DNA of 64,000 nt from Alphaproteobacteria bacterium (GCA_021774615.1 JAJFIW010000010.1:10230-74229), one strand, 5' to 3'. Positions 26,558-36,663 are shown, counted from the first letter of the stretch. Numbers and translations are program-made. The notes: generated from the sequence alone by a model not told the origin.

Positions 26558-27699
26558 CAGTCTATTTTAACTCCTATCTCAAGAACCATACTCTGACCAG
26601 TTGCACCACTACCACTACGCTCTATGTAGCGAATCCAAGGTCTATCTTTTAAAGTTGATTCAGCAACCCGCTCTTGGTCTACTAGGAGGTATTTCTCCCC
26701 GCCTTCAACAATTACTTTTATTGGTAATACACTTTCTTGCGCCCAGCCAACATTGCCAGTATCAGAGACTTTTTTAACAAGACTACTGCTTACACGGCGA
26801 GTTTCCACTTCTACTACTTTAACTTCACCTAATATAGAAGCTACCTCTCCGACTGCATGTATAACAGAAGATGGCCTTTGTTTAAGAGGGCGTTTTATAA
26901 AATCTAGTATTTCATTGGGGTTACCAACATTACCTAGTCGTTGCGTGCTTTTTGTTTCTTTAATTTGCCGTTCAATATTAGTAATGTCATCTCTTAAGTC
27001 GCTTAGTTCTAGGCGGCTTGTTACAGCAGAAATAATAGATGCCACAAGCAAAATTAAAGCAACCATAGCAAAAATTACATATACAAGGCCGTGGTCACGG
27101 TGCACATAAAGAGGTCTAGCTATTTTAGCTGGCGACAACTCTGAAAAACGAATAACATTTTGTGATAAAGGCTCTAAGGACTCTACAATATTGCTGTATA
27201 TCTTGTCATCATGCACTGCTACGCATATATTCTCGCGCATACCACTTGCAATACGCTCAGATATAGACTGTACCAATATGCTATTTAGGGCATCGGTAGA
27301 AGTATTATTAAAGCGTGAGATACCCCAACTAACAGAACCATCGTCATTAACATTACGTACACCGTGGATAACAACACCTTTAGGGAATACATAATAAAAT
27401 ACACTTGTGCCATCAGGAGCGAAATCTTCTGGTAGAAATACTTCTAAACCGTGGCGTCGCTCTTGGATATTTTTAGGAAGCAAGCCATAAACAACAACTG
27501 TGCCACCTTCTTGACGCCACAACGGAATTTGCTGGATATCCCCATAGCGCTCTTTAACACTGCTGGTGTTAATAGTGCCAATGTCTGTAAATTGTCTTGT
27601 TTGCTCTCGTGAAGATACAAAAAGTGCTAAAGCATCTGAACGACCTTTATCCGCATAATGAACCCCACTACGGGAGAATACCATGATATTTTTACTCAT
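26557..27699 (-). CDS. Bitopic pilus assembly protein (R64 PilO-like / PilM-N-like)
   Basis: 380 aa with a central TM (LVYVIFAMVALILLVASIISAV) separating a ~200-aa cytoplasmic part from a ~150-aa periplasmic part. It lies directly downstream of the GspF-like gene. Confidence 0.4.
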   Translation of the reverse strand: MSKNIMVFSRSGVHYADKGRSDALALFVSSREQTRQFTDIGTINTSSVKERYGDIQQIPLWRQEGGTVVVYGLLPKNIQERRHGLEVFLPEDFAPDGTSVFYYVFPKGVVIHGVRNVNDDGSVSWGISRFNNTSTDALNSILVQSISERIASGMRENICVAVHDDKIYSNIVESLEPLSQNVIRFSELSPAKIARPLYVHRDHGLVYVIFAMVALILLVASIISAVTSRLELSDLRDDITNIERQIKETKSTQRLGNVGNPNEILDFIKRPLKQRPSSVIHAVGEVASILGEVKVVEVETRRVSSSLVKKVSDTGNVGWAQESVLPIKVIVEGGEKYLLVDQERVAESTLKDRPWIRYIERSGSGATGQSMVLEIGVKID

Positions 27700-27715
27700 A
27701 TCTTTTTCCTCCCTC

Positions 27716-28798
27716 TTAAAATTCCATTAATGCAAATATAGGTGCTACTAGACTAGTATACATACTTACGATAAATAAGGGTAGCAATCCAGCCATCACA
27801 ATTAACATTAGTGTACCAACAGCTCTACGCATTATTCGATCATACTCTGCTGCATAAGGTTTTTTAAGGTCTTCTATTCGTTCGGCTATTTGACCAGTTT
27901 TTTCCCCAGCCTCAACAGCACTACGGAATGAGCCTTTTAATGGCACCCGTGCTAAAGCGTCACCAACTCGCATTCCTGCTTCGTGTTCGCTTGCAGCAAT
28001 CCTAAAGTTATTACCTATCATCCTGTTTTCTAGCGACCGTGCAACAGCACGCAATACATCATGAATAGGCATACCAGAGCGAACCAACGCTGGCATAAAA
28101 TATACTACTAATACTCCATTAAATGCTATAGAAATACGCCGCAATGGTGCAAGCCGCCAAATAATTCTCTCTACAAACGGTTTCATAGTCTCAGTATTAC
28201 GGGTTAAAAATAATACAGGCGGAATTGCTAATAAAACCAGAGGTACAAACCAATTGTCTTGCATCCACACAGAGAAATACCAAAAGCCACGCACAATACT
28301 AGGGAATTCATTAATTGCATCAGGTTTACGGTCAAGAACAGGGCCTAACACTAGGGGTAGCATAAACATTGCTACCCCTAACGACATAACAATAAGCATA
28401 AACCCACCAACAACTGGCATTGCTAGCTGGCGGTATAAGGATCGTGTAGAGTTCATGCGCATCTCGAGCGCTTCCACTAATTCTGGGATAGCAATACGTA
28501 GCTGGTTAGAGCGTTCGGCAGCATCTAATACTGATAGTTCTTGGTCTGTAAAGCCTAGTCCTGCTTGTCTGAGTGCATGAACTAGTGTTGTTTGTCCAGA
28601 CTCGAACTCAACAACAACCCGATTCATCCGGTTTGCTAAGGTTTTGTATTCGTCACGGGAGAAGGCGTCACAAGTATTGCGCACAGCCTCACTAACAGGC
28701 ATTTGTCCGCTACCAGAGGTTAACCATGAGGATAATGTACGGAAAAACTCAATCCTATCCCCAAGAGCTAAACTACTTATGCCAATTTCGATTCCCAT
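27716..28798 (-). CDS. GspF/PilC-family inner-membrane platform protein (R64 PilR-like)
   Basis: 360 aa with two repeated cytoplasmic helical domains, each followed by TM helices (MPVVGGFMLIVMSLGVAMFML; GTLMLIVMAGLLPLFIV). It lies immediately after the GspE-type ATPase. Confidence 0.8.
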   Translation of the reverse strand: MGIEIGISSLALGDRIEFFRTLSSWLTSGSGQMPVSEAVRNTCDAFSRDEYKTLANRMNRVVVEFESGQTTLVHALRQAGLGFTDQELSVLDAAERSNQLRIAIPELVEALEMRMNSTRSLYRQLAMPVVGGFMLIVMSLGVAMFMLPLVLGPVLDRKPDAINEFPSIVRGFWYFSVWMQDNWFVPLVLLAIPPVLFLTRNTETMKPFVERIIWRLAPLRRISIAFNGVLVVYFMPALVRSGMPIHDVLRAVARSLENRMIGNNFRIAASEHEAGMRVGDALARVPLKGSFRSAVEAGEKTGQIAERIEDLKKPYAAEYDRIMRRAVGTLMLIVMAGLLPLFIVSMYTSLVAPIFALMEF

Positions 28799-28838
28799 AA
28801 CCTATAGTCATCCCTTAAACTACTAAGTACCTACGGTT

Positions 28839-31253
28839 TTATATCCGTACATCTTCAGCTGATTTACTAATTTTCTTCTCTCTAACCACGTCTTTATCAC
28901 GTACTTCTATAGATAGCTCAAGGATAACACGCCCCAGCTCTTCGGCATCAGTGATACCGGCTTTAACGTGCATAATTCCCATATGCCCCATTGGCTTCCA
29001 ACCTGCCGCAATTGCAATTTCTTCAAGGCGGTTAAAGTCTCGGTCGGCTGTTGCTTGAACCATTTCTTTATTTGGTACCAACCACTCAGCTACGGCTATT
29101 CGCCCACGATAACCTGTAAACCCACAGTTAGGGCAGCCATCAGGGCTTGCCCGATATAGCTCCGACCCTTCAACAGGAACTTTGTAATAATCAAAACAAA
29201 ATTGCGTCCATTCGTCGGGCTTGTCCATCGTTTGGCGACAATGGGTACACAACCTCCGGACCAATCTTTGTGCTGCAATACCACGAACATACGAAACCAA
29301 GAAACCACGAATGCCTAACTCGTCCAAACGAACAATTGCATCAACAGAAGTATTAGTGTGCAATGTAGAAAATACCAAGTGACCAGTGTTAGCAGCTTCA
29401 AAAACTAACTTTGCCATTGTATTATCACGAACCTCACCAAAGATAATAACATCAGGGTCAGCCCTAAGTGATGACTTAAGTAACTCTGTACCACTCCTTG
29501 AGCTATCACCCTCAGCTACTTCCATTTGTACAGCGTAACCTTCAACCCTTTTCTCGGGAGGGTCTTCAATGGTATGAACACTTAAACCACGTGCCATTGG
29601 GTTTGCACTAATAACAGCCGAGTGGATAGACTCTGTTTTACCAGACCCTGTAGGCCCAGTCCAAAATATAACACCATTTGAAGCACTGGCCGCAGCTTGT
29701 ATACTTGCAATAAACTCGTCAGAATAACCTAAACGTTCCATTGACAAAGAGTCAGGGTTCAAACGCCGGATAACAATCCGTGGTACAGGCCCTAGACGCC
29801 CTGAATGGGGCTGTATCTGAACACGCCAGTCAAAACCAGCACGAGAAAATGCGCCTTTATTAGGGTGGTTTTGGTTTACCTTAGGCATCCGTGCAATGTT
29901 CTCAATCCGCACTCTTAGCCGCTCAAGCTGATCTAGGGAAACAACCTCACGCGGGCGAACCATACCATCGACACGGTATTTAACAGTGGCTTTATTCTCC
30001 CCTTTCATATTGGGGTCAATATGAATATCTGATGCTTTAGCATCTACCGCAGTTGTTACAATCCGGTCAAGTAATGCTTCAGCTTCCATCCCCTCATCAA
30101 GGTCAGCACCTTCGTCTCCACTTACCCAGAACTGCCCACAAACATCTTTAACTGCAAAGTGCCAGACAAACTGGAACCCAGGCATAACTTCGAGCAACAT
30201 CGACTCTAGTACTAAGTCTCTCATATCGCTGTCATGTGCAAGGTGTAATTCGTGAGCATCTTTCTCGCGCTTACGTAGTGGGATAATCCTTCTTTCACGT
30301 AGCAGGTTTTGTATCCTGATATCAAGCTCTTTACGTAAAGACCTTGCACCATCGGGCAAATCCTGAATACTCATAATTTCTAGCCGGTTCTGGCTACGAG
30401 CAATTGCCCTTGCTAATTGCTGACGGTCAATAAGTTGTTCATTAATTAGGTCTCTTACTGACAGCTGTGGTAAGCGGTCTTCCTCAATAAGCTCTTTAAT
30501 ACGTGCTACAGCAAGGCTATCAACGTTTAAATCTTCACTAATTCGTAAAACATTTAACGCTCGTAAATAAAGCCTTTCATGAGAAGGGCGGGTATTATCT
30601 TCGCCTTGGCCGTATAGATCATCAGTCTCTTTATCACGTTCTAAAACAAGATCAGGGAGGGAATCTTCTGTTCCATGCTCAATATCTGCAACTAGATCTG
30701 TATCTGGTAAGTCATCAAACCCGAAGGATAAATCATCAATTTCTGAGAATTCATCTTCTTCTGGCAAATCAACCTCTTGGAATTCTAAGCCATCTATTGT
30801 ATCTGTTGCTTTACCAGTATTTTTACCCACTGGCGCTGACATAACCATATTCTCTGTTTCGTCATCAAGGAAGTCATCTAAACTGCTAGCATCACTCTTG
30901 CCTGATAGCTCATGTTCATGCCCCTCATCTTTTACAGAGTCATCATCAAGGCTAACTTCATCAAAAACATCTTCTACAAAATCATGGATAGGCTCTTCAG
31001 AAGAGCTATTGTCCAGAAAATCATCTAGCACTTCATCATCACTCTTCTCAATGTTATTGTCATCATGACTTTCTTGAGAGTTTGGTGAAGGTGGCATAGT
31101 TTCTAGTATGTCTTCGTCAGAAACAGCAACATCCTGATCTTGCAACTGCTGATCAGGATTTTGCTGTTCTACTTGTTCTTTGGATATATCAACGCTGTCT
31201 GCGGCATCTTCTTCTACCGCAGACGACGTTGACTTTTCTTTTTCATCAACCAT
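28839..31253 (-). CDS. GspE/PilB-family type IV pilus assembly ATPase (R64 PilQ-like) with a ~215-aa acidic N-terminal extension
   Basis: Walker A GPTGSGKT, Walker B/Asp box DPDVIIFGEVRD, His box GHLVFSTLHTN and tetracysteine CTHC...CPNC. N-terminal residues 1-215 are >35% Asp/Glu with repeated LDDFLD. Confidence 0.9.
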   Translation of the reverse strand: MVDEKEKSTSSAVEEDAADSVDISKEQVEQQNPDQQLQDQDVAVSDEDILETMPPSPNSQESHDDNNIEKSDDEVLDDFLDNSSSEEPIHDFVEDVFDEVSLDDDSVKDEGHEHELSGKSDASSLDDFLDDETENMVMSAPVGKNTGKATDTIDGLEFQEVDLPEEDEFSEIDDLSFGFDDLPDTDLVADIEHGTEDSLPDLVLERDKETDDLYGQGEDNTRPSHERLYLRALNVLRISEDLNVDSLAVARIKELIEEDRLPQLSVRDLINEQLIDRQQLARAIARSQNRLEIMSIQDLPDGARSLRKELDIRIQNLLRERRIIPLRKREKDAHELHLAHDSDMRDLVLESMLLEVMPGFQFVWHFAVKDVCGQFWVSGDEGADLDEGMEAEALLDRIVTTAVDAKASDIHIDPNMKGENKATVKYRVDGMVRPREVVSLDQLERLRVRIENIARMPKVNQNHPNKGAFSRAGFDWRVQIQPHSGRLGPVPRIVIRRLNPDSLSMERLGYSDEFIASIQAAASASNGVIFWTGPTGSGKTESIHSAVISANPMARGLSVHTIEDPPEKRVEGYAVQMEVAEGDSSRSGTELLKSSLRADPDVIIFGEVRDNTMAKLVFEAANTGHLVFSTLHTNTSVDAIVRLDELGIRGFLVSYVRGIAAQRLVRRLCTHCRQTMDKPDEWTQFCFDYYKVPVEGSELYRASPDGCPNCGFTGYRGRIAVAEWLVPNKEMVQATADRDFNRLEEIAIAAGWKPMGHMGIMHVKAGITDAEELGRVILELSIEVRDKDVVREKKISKSAEDVRI

Positions 31254-31309
31254 TCATGAACCAGTTATTTCTTATATTATTGTCTGCTTCATTTACTAAC
31301 AAACTAATC

Positions 31310-31903
31310 TTACTGCACAACGTTTGCAAAGTAACGTAAAGTAATAGTAGCTGTCAGAGCAGGGTCAGTAGCTGCACGAAGACGCCCAGTCTGCCAATCT
31401 GCACCATTGTCCATTGCTTCATCTGCACTTTCGAACTCGTCAGACGGTACACCTGTCATCTCAAACACCATAAATGTTTGACCAGCATCAACAGCAGTTG
31501 TTAACCCAACTGTACCTGTACCTGCACCAAACGGGTGGTTAACAGTACCCCCATCATTTCTGTAGCCCTGCAAATAGTTACGGAAGTTACCAGAACCTTG
31601 CAGCGCAGCTTGTAATGCAGTTTCTAAGATTAAAGTTGAGAATGTAACCGTAGTATCAGCAGGTGTTGCACTAGCCTGATGTGGCCACAAGTTATACTGA
31701 GCAAAGAAAGAGCCCGTAGCATTTTCGAACTGCACCAAATGTGACTGCAATTTAGTACTACCTGCACGAGTAAGTAAGTCCCACCCAACAGAGCCAATAA
31801 TCATCGTAACAAGAATTGCAATAACCGCAACAATCAGAATTGTTTGGTCAATGGTGTAACCTGCTTGACGACGTAAATTTTGTTTAAAACTAGAGTAACT
31901 CAT
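31310..31903 (-). CDS. Type IVb prepilin, major pilin candidate (R64 PilS-like)
   Basis: Start moved to ATG 31903 (GGGGA upstream): the leader MSYSSFKQNLRRQAG is followed by YTIDQTILIVAVIAILVTMIIG. About 180 aa mature, located between the secretin and ATPase genes. Confidence 0.65.
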   Translation of the reverse strand: MSYSSFKQNLRRQAGYTIDQTILIVAVIAILVTMIIGSVGWDLLTRAGSTKLQSHLVQFENATGSFFAQYNLWPHQASATPADTTVTFSTLILETALQAALQGSGNFRNYLQGYRNDGGTVNHPFGAGTGTVGLTTAVDAGQTFMVFEMTGVPSDEFESADEAMDNGADWQTGRLRAATDPALTATITLRYFANVVQ

Positions 31904-32019
31904 TTTATTTTTCCCCATGTTAAGCTTAATATTTAGTATTCTATCACACACTTAGTTAATATGGTGACGAACCATTTGTTTTTAAAGTTATTATTATTCT
32001 TTTACTATAAATAAGCCTC

Positions 32020-33894
32020 TTACTTAAGCCGTCTAACCTGCATTAATACCAAGAACTCCACATCTTCAAACGAGATGTTTTCTTCATTAACACCTTTACC
32101 AGCAATTGGAATTCCACGTAGAATCGGAACACCAGACTCTTTATCAATTGCAATTGTACGAGTTAAACCACCAATTACTTTAACTTCACCATCACGCATC
32201 CGCACTTTCTGGTCAATAATCCTAGTATTTACAACTGGGATATCATCAGAAAATTGCTGGCCATTAAAGTTTTGGATCAAGGCTTCTTGGGCAACAATTT
32301 CCGTAATAGGGATTTGCACCGCAATTGTATGAGGGTCGTTACCACTAGCAATTTGTGCAGTAACCGCAAACTGGATCCCTTCGAATTGAGATTTCTGTGT
32401 TGCTGTAGTATTTACAATATTACCACCGTCAGATGCAATAACCTCACTCTCACGAACAAAGAATACATCATTACGGCCATCAATTAATATAGCCTTTTGC
32501 CTATCCATAACCTCTAAGGTTGGTTTCATAAGCTGATAAGTAGTAGAGAAACTCTCGATAAACCTAACCACACCCTCTATTGAGTTATCACGGATACCGG
32601 CAAAACCACCCGCACTAGTAAGGTTTGCCAACATACCTGCTATAGAGTCGTTAGGTCCACCAATTCTAGGAGTATCAGCACCTGAAAAACCAACACCTAT
32701 ATTAGAATTTTTAATACCTACATCTAAGATTGACGCAAGTTTTGTACCTTGTTCAAAAGAACGCTCTTTACTAACCGCAATAATACGGGCTTCAACCAGT
32801 AAGCGACGGCTTGCGATGTCTTCTGTTTGTTTAATGATTAAATCAGCATCACGCAGCACTCTACGAGAAGCTTGCATTTGCACTACACCCACCGAACGGT
32901 TTAAGCGTACATAACCACAAGGGAGCTCTACAGCTACATTGCCACTACTATCGCCAACACTAGATGGAGGCGATAATAACCCTGATGAGCTACTACCATC
33001 ACTGGTATTACAAGAATTACTTATCAATGTTTCAAGGTCTGTCTTAAGTTCATCTATCAAGTCTCTATCTTGACGAATAACAACCTCAGCAGAACCACCT
33101 ACGGCATTGTCTCCACTGCCACCAGCTTCATTACTTCCTGTGTCAGAGCTAGCAGAGCCACCACTCAATGAAGCGCTATAACTAATACTTTGTGTTTCAC
33201 TACGTAAAGGTTCGTATAGGTTTAGTTTCCAAGTCCTTGTAGGCAGGCCACCAATAGAGAAATAGTCGCCTTGCTCAACCAATGTTAGCCCATGAGGAAC
33301 AAGGATTGCATCAAAAGCATCGGTACATGTTATATCTTTAAAAGATGCACTAACTCGTGTGTTCGCTAAACGCTCGCGGTTTTCAGTAATAACTAAGTTC
33401 ATGTCACATTGTTTTGCTAAACCACGGATTGCATCAACCAAAGCGACATCATCCCCAGGAGAGAATTGTTCAATTCTGGCAACATCAGCCGCTGGCAAAA
33501 CTAATAAACGGCGCTCGCCTTCACGGACGATCTGAACCTTATAAACATCTTCTATATAACTACGAGCTTCATTAAATTTTAAGTCTGCGATTAAAAGATC
33601 TTTACCAGAATTTTTCCTAATACCAGCACCATAACGTATAGCAACATTATAAGTGTTTGCTACTTGTTCCATTAAGTCACTTAGCGTTACATGCCCTTCA
33701 ACTCTTAAAATAGCATCCGCACGCATTTGGCGGCTAGAGATAGGCTCTCCAACACCAACTACAGCAGAGCCATTCTCGCGATAGTCTTTAAAGGCATTAG
33801 CAGGGCTTTCGCGCTGCACATAACTAACATTATCACACGCTGCTAATGCAACTGTAGTAACTGCTAGGCAAACAAATAAGATCTTCTTAAGCAT
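32020..33894 (-). CDS. Lipoprotein secretin of a type IVb pilus (R64 PilN / BfpB-like)
   Basis: Lipobox VALAAC. The C-terminal secretin signature is VIGGLTRTIAIDKESGVPILRGIPIAGKG...FLVLMQV. Confidence 0.85.
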   Translation of the reverse strand: MLKKILFVCLAVTTVALAACDNVSYVQRESPANAFKDYRENGSAVVGVGEPISSRQMRADAILRVEGHVTLSDLMEQVANTYNVAIRYGAGIRKNSGKDLLIADLKFNEARSYIEDVYKVQIVREGERRLLVLPAADVARIEQFSPGDDVALVDAIRGLAKQCDMNLVITENRERLANTRVSASFKDITCTDAFDAILVPHGLTLVEQGDYFSIGGLPTRTWKLNLYEPLRSETQSISYSASLSGGSASSDTGSNEAGGSGDNAVGGSAEVVIRQDRDLIDELKTDLETLISNSCNTSDGSSSSGLLSPPSSVGDSSGNVAVELPCGYVRLNRSVGVVQMQASRRVLRDADLIIKQTEDIASRRLLVEARIIAVSKERSFEQGTKLASILDVGIKNSNIGVGFSGADTPRIGGPNDSIAGMLANLTSAGGFAGIRDNSIEGVVRFIESFSTTYQLMKPTLEVMDRQKAILIDGRNDVFFVRESEVIASDGGNIVNTTATQKSQFEGIQFAVTAQIASGNDPHTIAVQIPITEIVAQEALIQNFNGQQFSDDIPVVNTRIIDQKVRMRDGEVKVIGGLTRTIAIDKESGVPILRGIPIAGKGVNEENISFEDVEFLVLMQVRRLK

Positions 33895-35036
33895 TACTGA
33901 ACCCCATTAAATCCAAATCGGTTAGTTTGTGTCACAACCACTAGCTTACCGCCAGGGAAGATCTCGTACTTCAAGTTAAACAACCTAAGCAAACGCTCCA
34001 TCGCTACAGAGAACGGCTCTTCAATATGTGCAGGTTTTAACACTTGGTCAACCCCAGCATAAATACGCAGGCGCCATTGTCCTTTACCAGCTTGGTTAAC
34101 CATACTTTCTAGTGCATCTACTAATGGTATCTCGTCGTAATGAAGAGAGATCATAGACTCTTTTAAGAAATGTTCTGTAACTATAGGGTCTTTCTCTGCC
34201 TCAACACCTATTGGTGACACAGTGTTCTGTGCTAACCTATGCCCTGATGCACGGTCTGTAATAACTAGGCGGTGTGTATTATCGTAGCGAATTACCCGTA
34301 ATGGCTGCCCAGACCGAGTCTGTAAGCGTGCCAGAAGTGCATTCAGAACATTAACGAATGGCTCGTGTGCATCGATAGATATCTCCATTTCTGCTAAAGG
34401 CATATTTTGCTCGGATAAATCCCACATAATAGTCCAGTCGTTAGCGCCAATCTGGTCCATCATCCGTTGTAGTACACGACGAACAGTTACCCGTTCTTCG
34501 CGAACTCGGATAAGGCTATTGTTCATGTCTACCATTGCACGGCCAGACACTTGGCCAACAGCAACCTCAACACCGCCATTTGCGGTAAAGGTTGGGGTCT
34601 GTTGCACAAAACCACCTACAGCATTAGCTGGGGCTGGTTGATGACCTCTAGGGTCAAACTGTCGTTGTTGCCCCATGCTTGGGTTAGCAGCACCATTCCT
34701 TTGTTGGTCTGCAATGCGGTTCATTTCAGTGTCAATATCGCTACCAGAACCTGCAATACGGTTCATCTCACGCTCAAAATCGTCAGAGCCAACACCATTA
34801 TTATTGCCTGCCGCTTGTGCTAATATGGCTTGTTCATGGTTTTGGCGGAGCTCAACCTGATCTTTCATCCTAAATTGTTGATGGTCTGGCACATAAACCC
34901 CACGAGTATCATCCACATATGCAGGGGCACGAACTTGTGCAACTGGTGGTACATAGCCTGGTACAGCTTGGGCCCAAGCAGAGCTACTGAAAAAGATTGT
35001 CAGTGCAAAAACGCTAAGGTGCGTCGTCATTGGCAT
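33894..35036 (-). CDS. Secreted protein with two PilL/TcpQ-like domains (first gene of the pilus cluster)
   Basis: Signal peptide ending SSAWA-QA. Two copies of the pattern: VRRVLQRMMDQIG..DWTIMWDL...RLVITD and LVDALESMVNQAG.GQWRLRIY...KLVVVTQ. Its stop overlaps the secretin start. Confidence 0.5.
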   Translation of the reverse strand: MPMTTHLSVFALTIFFSSSAWAQAVPGYVPPVAQVRAPAYVDDTRGVYVPDHQQFRMKDQVELRQNHEQAILAQAAGNNNGVGSDDFEREMNRIAGSGSDIDTEMNRIADQQRNGAANPSMGQQRQFDPRGHQPAPANAVGGFVQQTPTFTANGGVEVAVGQVSGRAMVDMNNSLIRVREERVTVRRVLQRMMDQIGANDWTIMWDLSEQNMPLAEMEISIDAHEPFVNVLNALLARLQTRSGQPLRVIRYDNTHRLVITDRASGHRLAQNTVSPIGVEAEKDPIVTEHFLKESMISLHYDEIPLVDALESMVNQAGKGQWRLRIYAGVDQVLKPAHIEEPFSVAMERLLRLFNLKYEIFPGGKLVVVTQTNRFGFNGVQ

Positions 35037-35171
35037 GTTCTTTTATCCTTTTTGTTGACGGCGATATTCAATTTAAGCTTGATTATAAGTAATCCTGTAA
35101 TCATATTGTATAAAATTATTCTGTTAAAGTGTTAAACTCAAGACCGAAACAATAAAGGGAGGCCCCAAAAG

Positions 35172-36524
35172 ATGTATGATCCTAAGTTTAGGATGGCTAT
35201 TCTTATATCTATTGCGGTAACCCTATTTACCGTAATTAACGTTATATTTGAATATGTTGTGGGCGATGCCAACTTTATGTTTGATGACTATATGGTCAAG
35301 GTTTCGTCTATTGGAAGTGCTGTTCTTAGTGGTTTCATTTTTGTATTGGTGTGTACTAAATTTATCACATTCGAGCGATTTAGAAAAACAGGGTTCGAGC
35401 CAGTGTTCCGTGATGAGACCGGAACAGGGTTTAATTTCCCTGTTTCTCTTAGTAAATATTTGCCTGATATTATTGCCGAGCCAGGAAATAATAATATTCA
35501 CCCGGTTGAGGCAGAGCTACTAGGGTTCTTAAACGGCTACCGTAACTGGCCTTACGACATAACTGGCCAAGATAGCGACAGCCTTTACACACACACCTAC
35601 AAACAGTGGCGTGAGATAAGGCAAATTCCCAACACTTCATCGCCGCATCACATTGCTGTTTTAGCGCAAGATTTAGCAAAAGTTTTTGCGTATAAAGAAA
35701 CTCGCAAACGTTTTCCTACGTCCCAGTTTTGGAAGCAAGATAAGGTTGCTTTTTCTAGGCGTTGTATCGAGCATGGTGGTCTTTCATCTTTTATTCTTGG
35801 TACAATGCCATCTTTTATGGCAATGCCCGAACGAACACGACGCGCTATCCTGATTGCGGTTCGTTTTCGGGATAACCCTATTTATATCCCTGCTAACTGC
35901 GACCCGCTAGCTCTAGAAATTTACGAGAGCATCCACATGGCAGCAGAAAAAGTCCAAGAAGCTGAAGGGATAGAAGCCCAAGGCAAAGCGTCACCTGAGG
36001 ATGTTAAACACCTTGAAGCAGAGATAAACTCTTTCTTTGGTTCAATCATAAGGGGGTTAGAAGTAAACCCTGCAGGGCAATCGAGCAAAAGTGATGGGGT
36101 TTATATTGGCGACGGGATTTTAATTGCTCGGATGAGCAACATTGTACGCGCTTTTGCCGCAGCATTAAGCCCGCAACTACGCCGCCGTTTTGTTATGTGG
36201 CGGCTCGACGGAAAACCCCATCCTTGTTGGCCTGTATTTGTTGAAGCCTTCCGCAGTATGGGGCTTTTAGTAGAAACATTCCAAAACACTAAAACTGAGA
36301 ATGGCTTATTTGATATAAAAATTGGTGAGAAAGAGTTTATTAATAGTATCGTATTAAAAATAGATCTAGTTAGCCAAGCAGAACTGCGCAACTCTTTGGA
36401 TGCATTACCTAAATTTAGCGGTTTAACCGAAGTAGTTCAAAATAAAACTTCGCTAAAAGAAGAAATCACCACTGCAGCAAATAGTATAGACAAGCTACTT
36501 ACTCAAGCACGAGACGCTCTTTAA
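35172..36524 (+). CDS. Hypothetical membrane-anchored protein, divergent from the pilus cluster
   Basis: 450 aa with two N-terminal TM helices (MAILISIAVTLFTVINVIF; GSAVLSGFIFVLVCTKFI). GGGAGG lies upstream of the ATG and a strong terminator follows. Confidence 0.6.
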   Translation: MYDPKFRMAILISIAVTLFTVINVIFEYVVGDANFMFDDYMVKVSSIGSAVLSGFIFVLVCTKFITFERFRKTGFEPVFRDETGTGFNFPVSLSKYLPDIIAEPGNNNIHPVEAELLGFLNGYRNWPYDITGQDSDSLYTHTYKQWREIRQIPNTSSPHHIAVLAQDLAKVFAYKETRKRFPTSQFWKQDKVAFSRRCIEHGGLSSFILGTMPSFMAMPERTRRAILIAVRFRDNPIYIPANCDPLALEIYESIHMAAEKVQEAEGIEAQGKASPEDVKHLEAEINSFFGSIIRGLEVNPAGQSSKSDGVYIGDGILIARMSNIVRAFAAALSPQLRRRFVMWRLDGKPHPCWPVFVEAFRSMGLLVETFQNTKTENGLFDIKIGEKEFINSIVLKIDLVSQAELRNSLDALPKFSGLTEVVQNKTSLKEEITTAANSIDKLLTQARDAL

Positions 36525-36550
36525 ACTATACCTCATATATTACTATAAAC

Positions 36551-36579
36551 AAGAAAGCCGCCATAATGGCGGCTTTCTT
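36551..36579. terminator. Bidirectional intrinsic terminator between convergent genes
   Basis: AAGAAAGCCGCC-ATAAT-GGCGGCTTTCTT, a perfect 12-bp stem. Confidence 0.8.
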
Positions 36580-36663
36580 TCGTAGGTATCTATCCCAAGC
36601 CATGAAATGGCAGTTAGAGATGAGATTTTGCTTTTTGTGGGATAGACACTAGGGCAGATGCTT

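Noticed and set aside
35172-36524. The 450-aa divergent protein as a MobH-type relaxase (IEHGGL vaguely like the HxxGGLxxH motif)
   Set aside because: It has two N-terminal TM helices, no HD/3H metal motif and no catalytic Tyr context. The similarity is limited to four residues.
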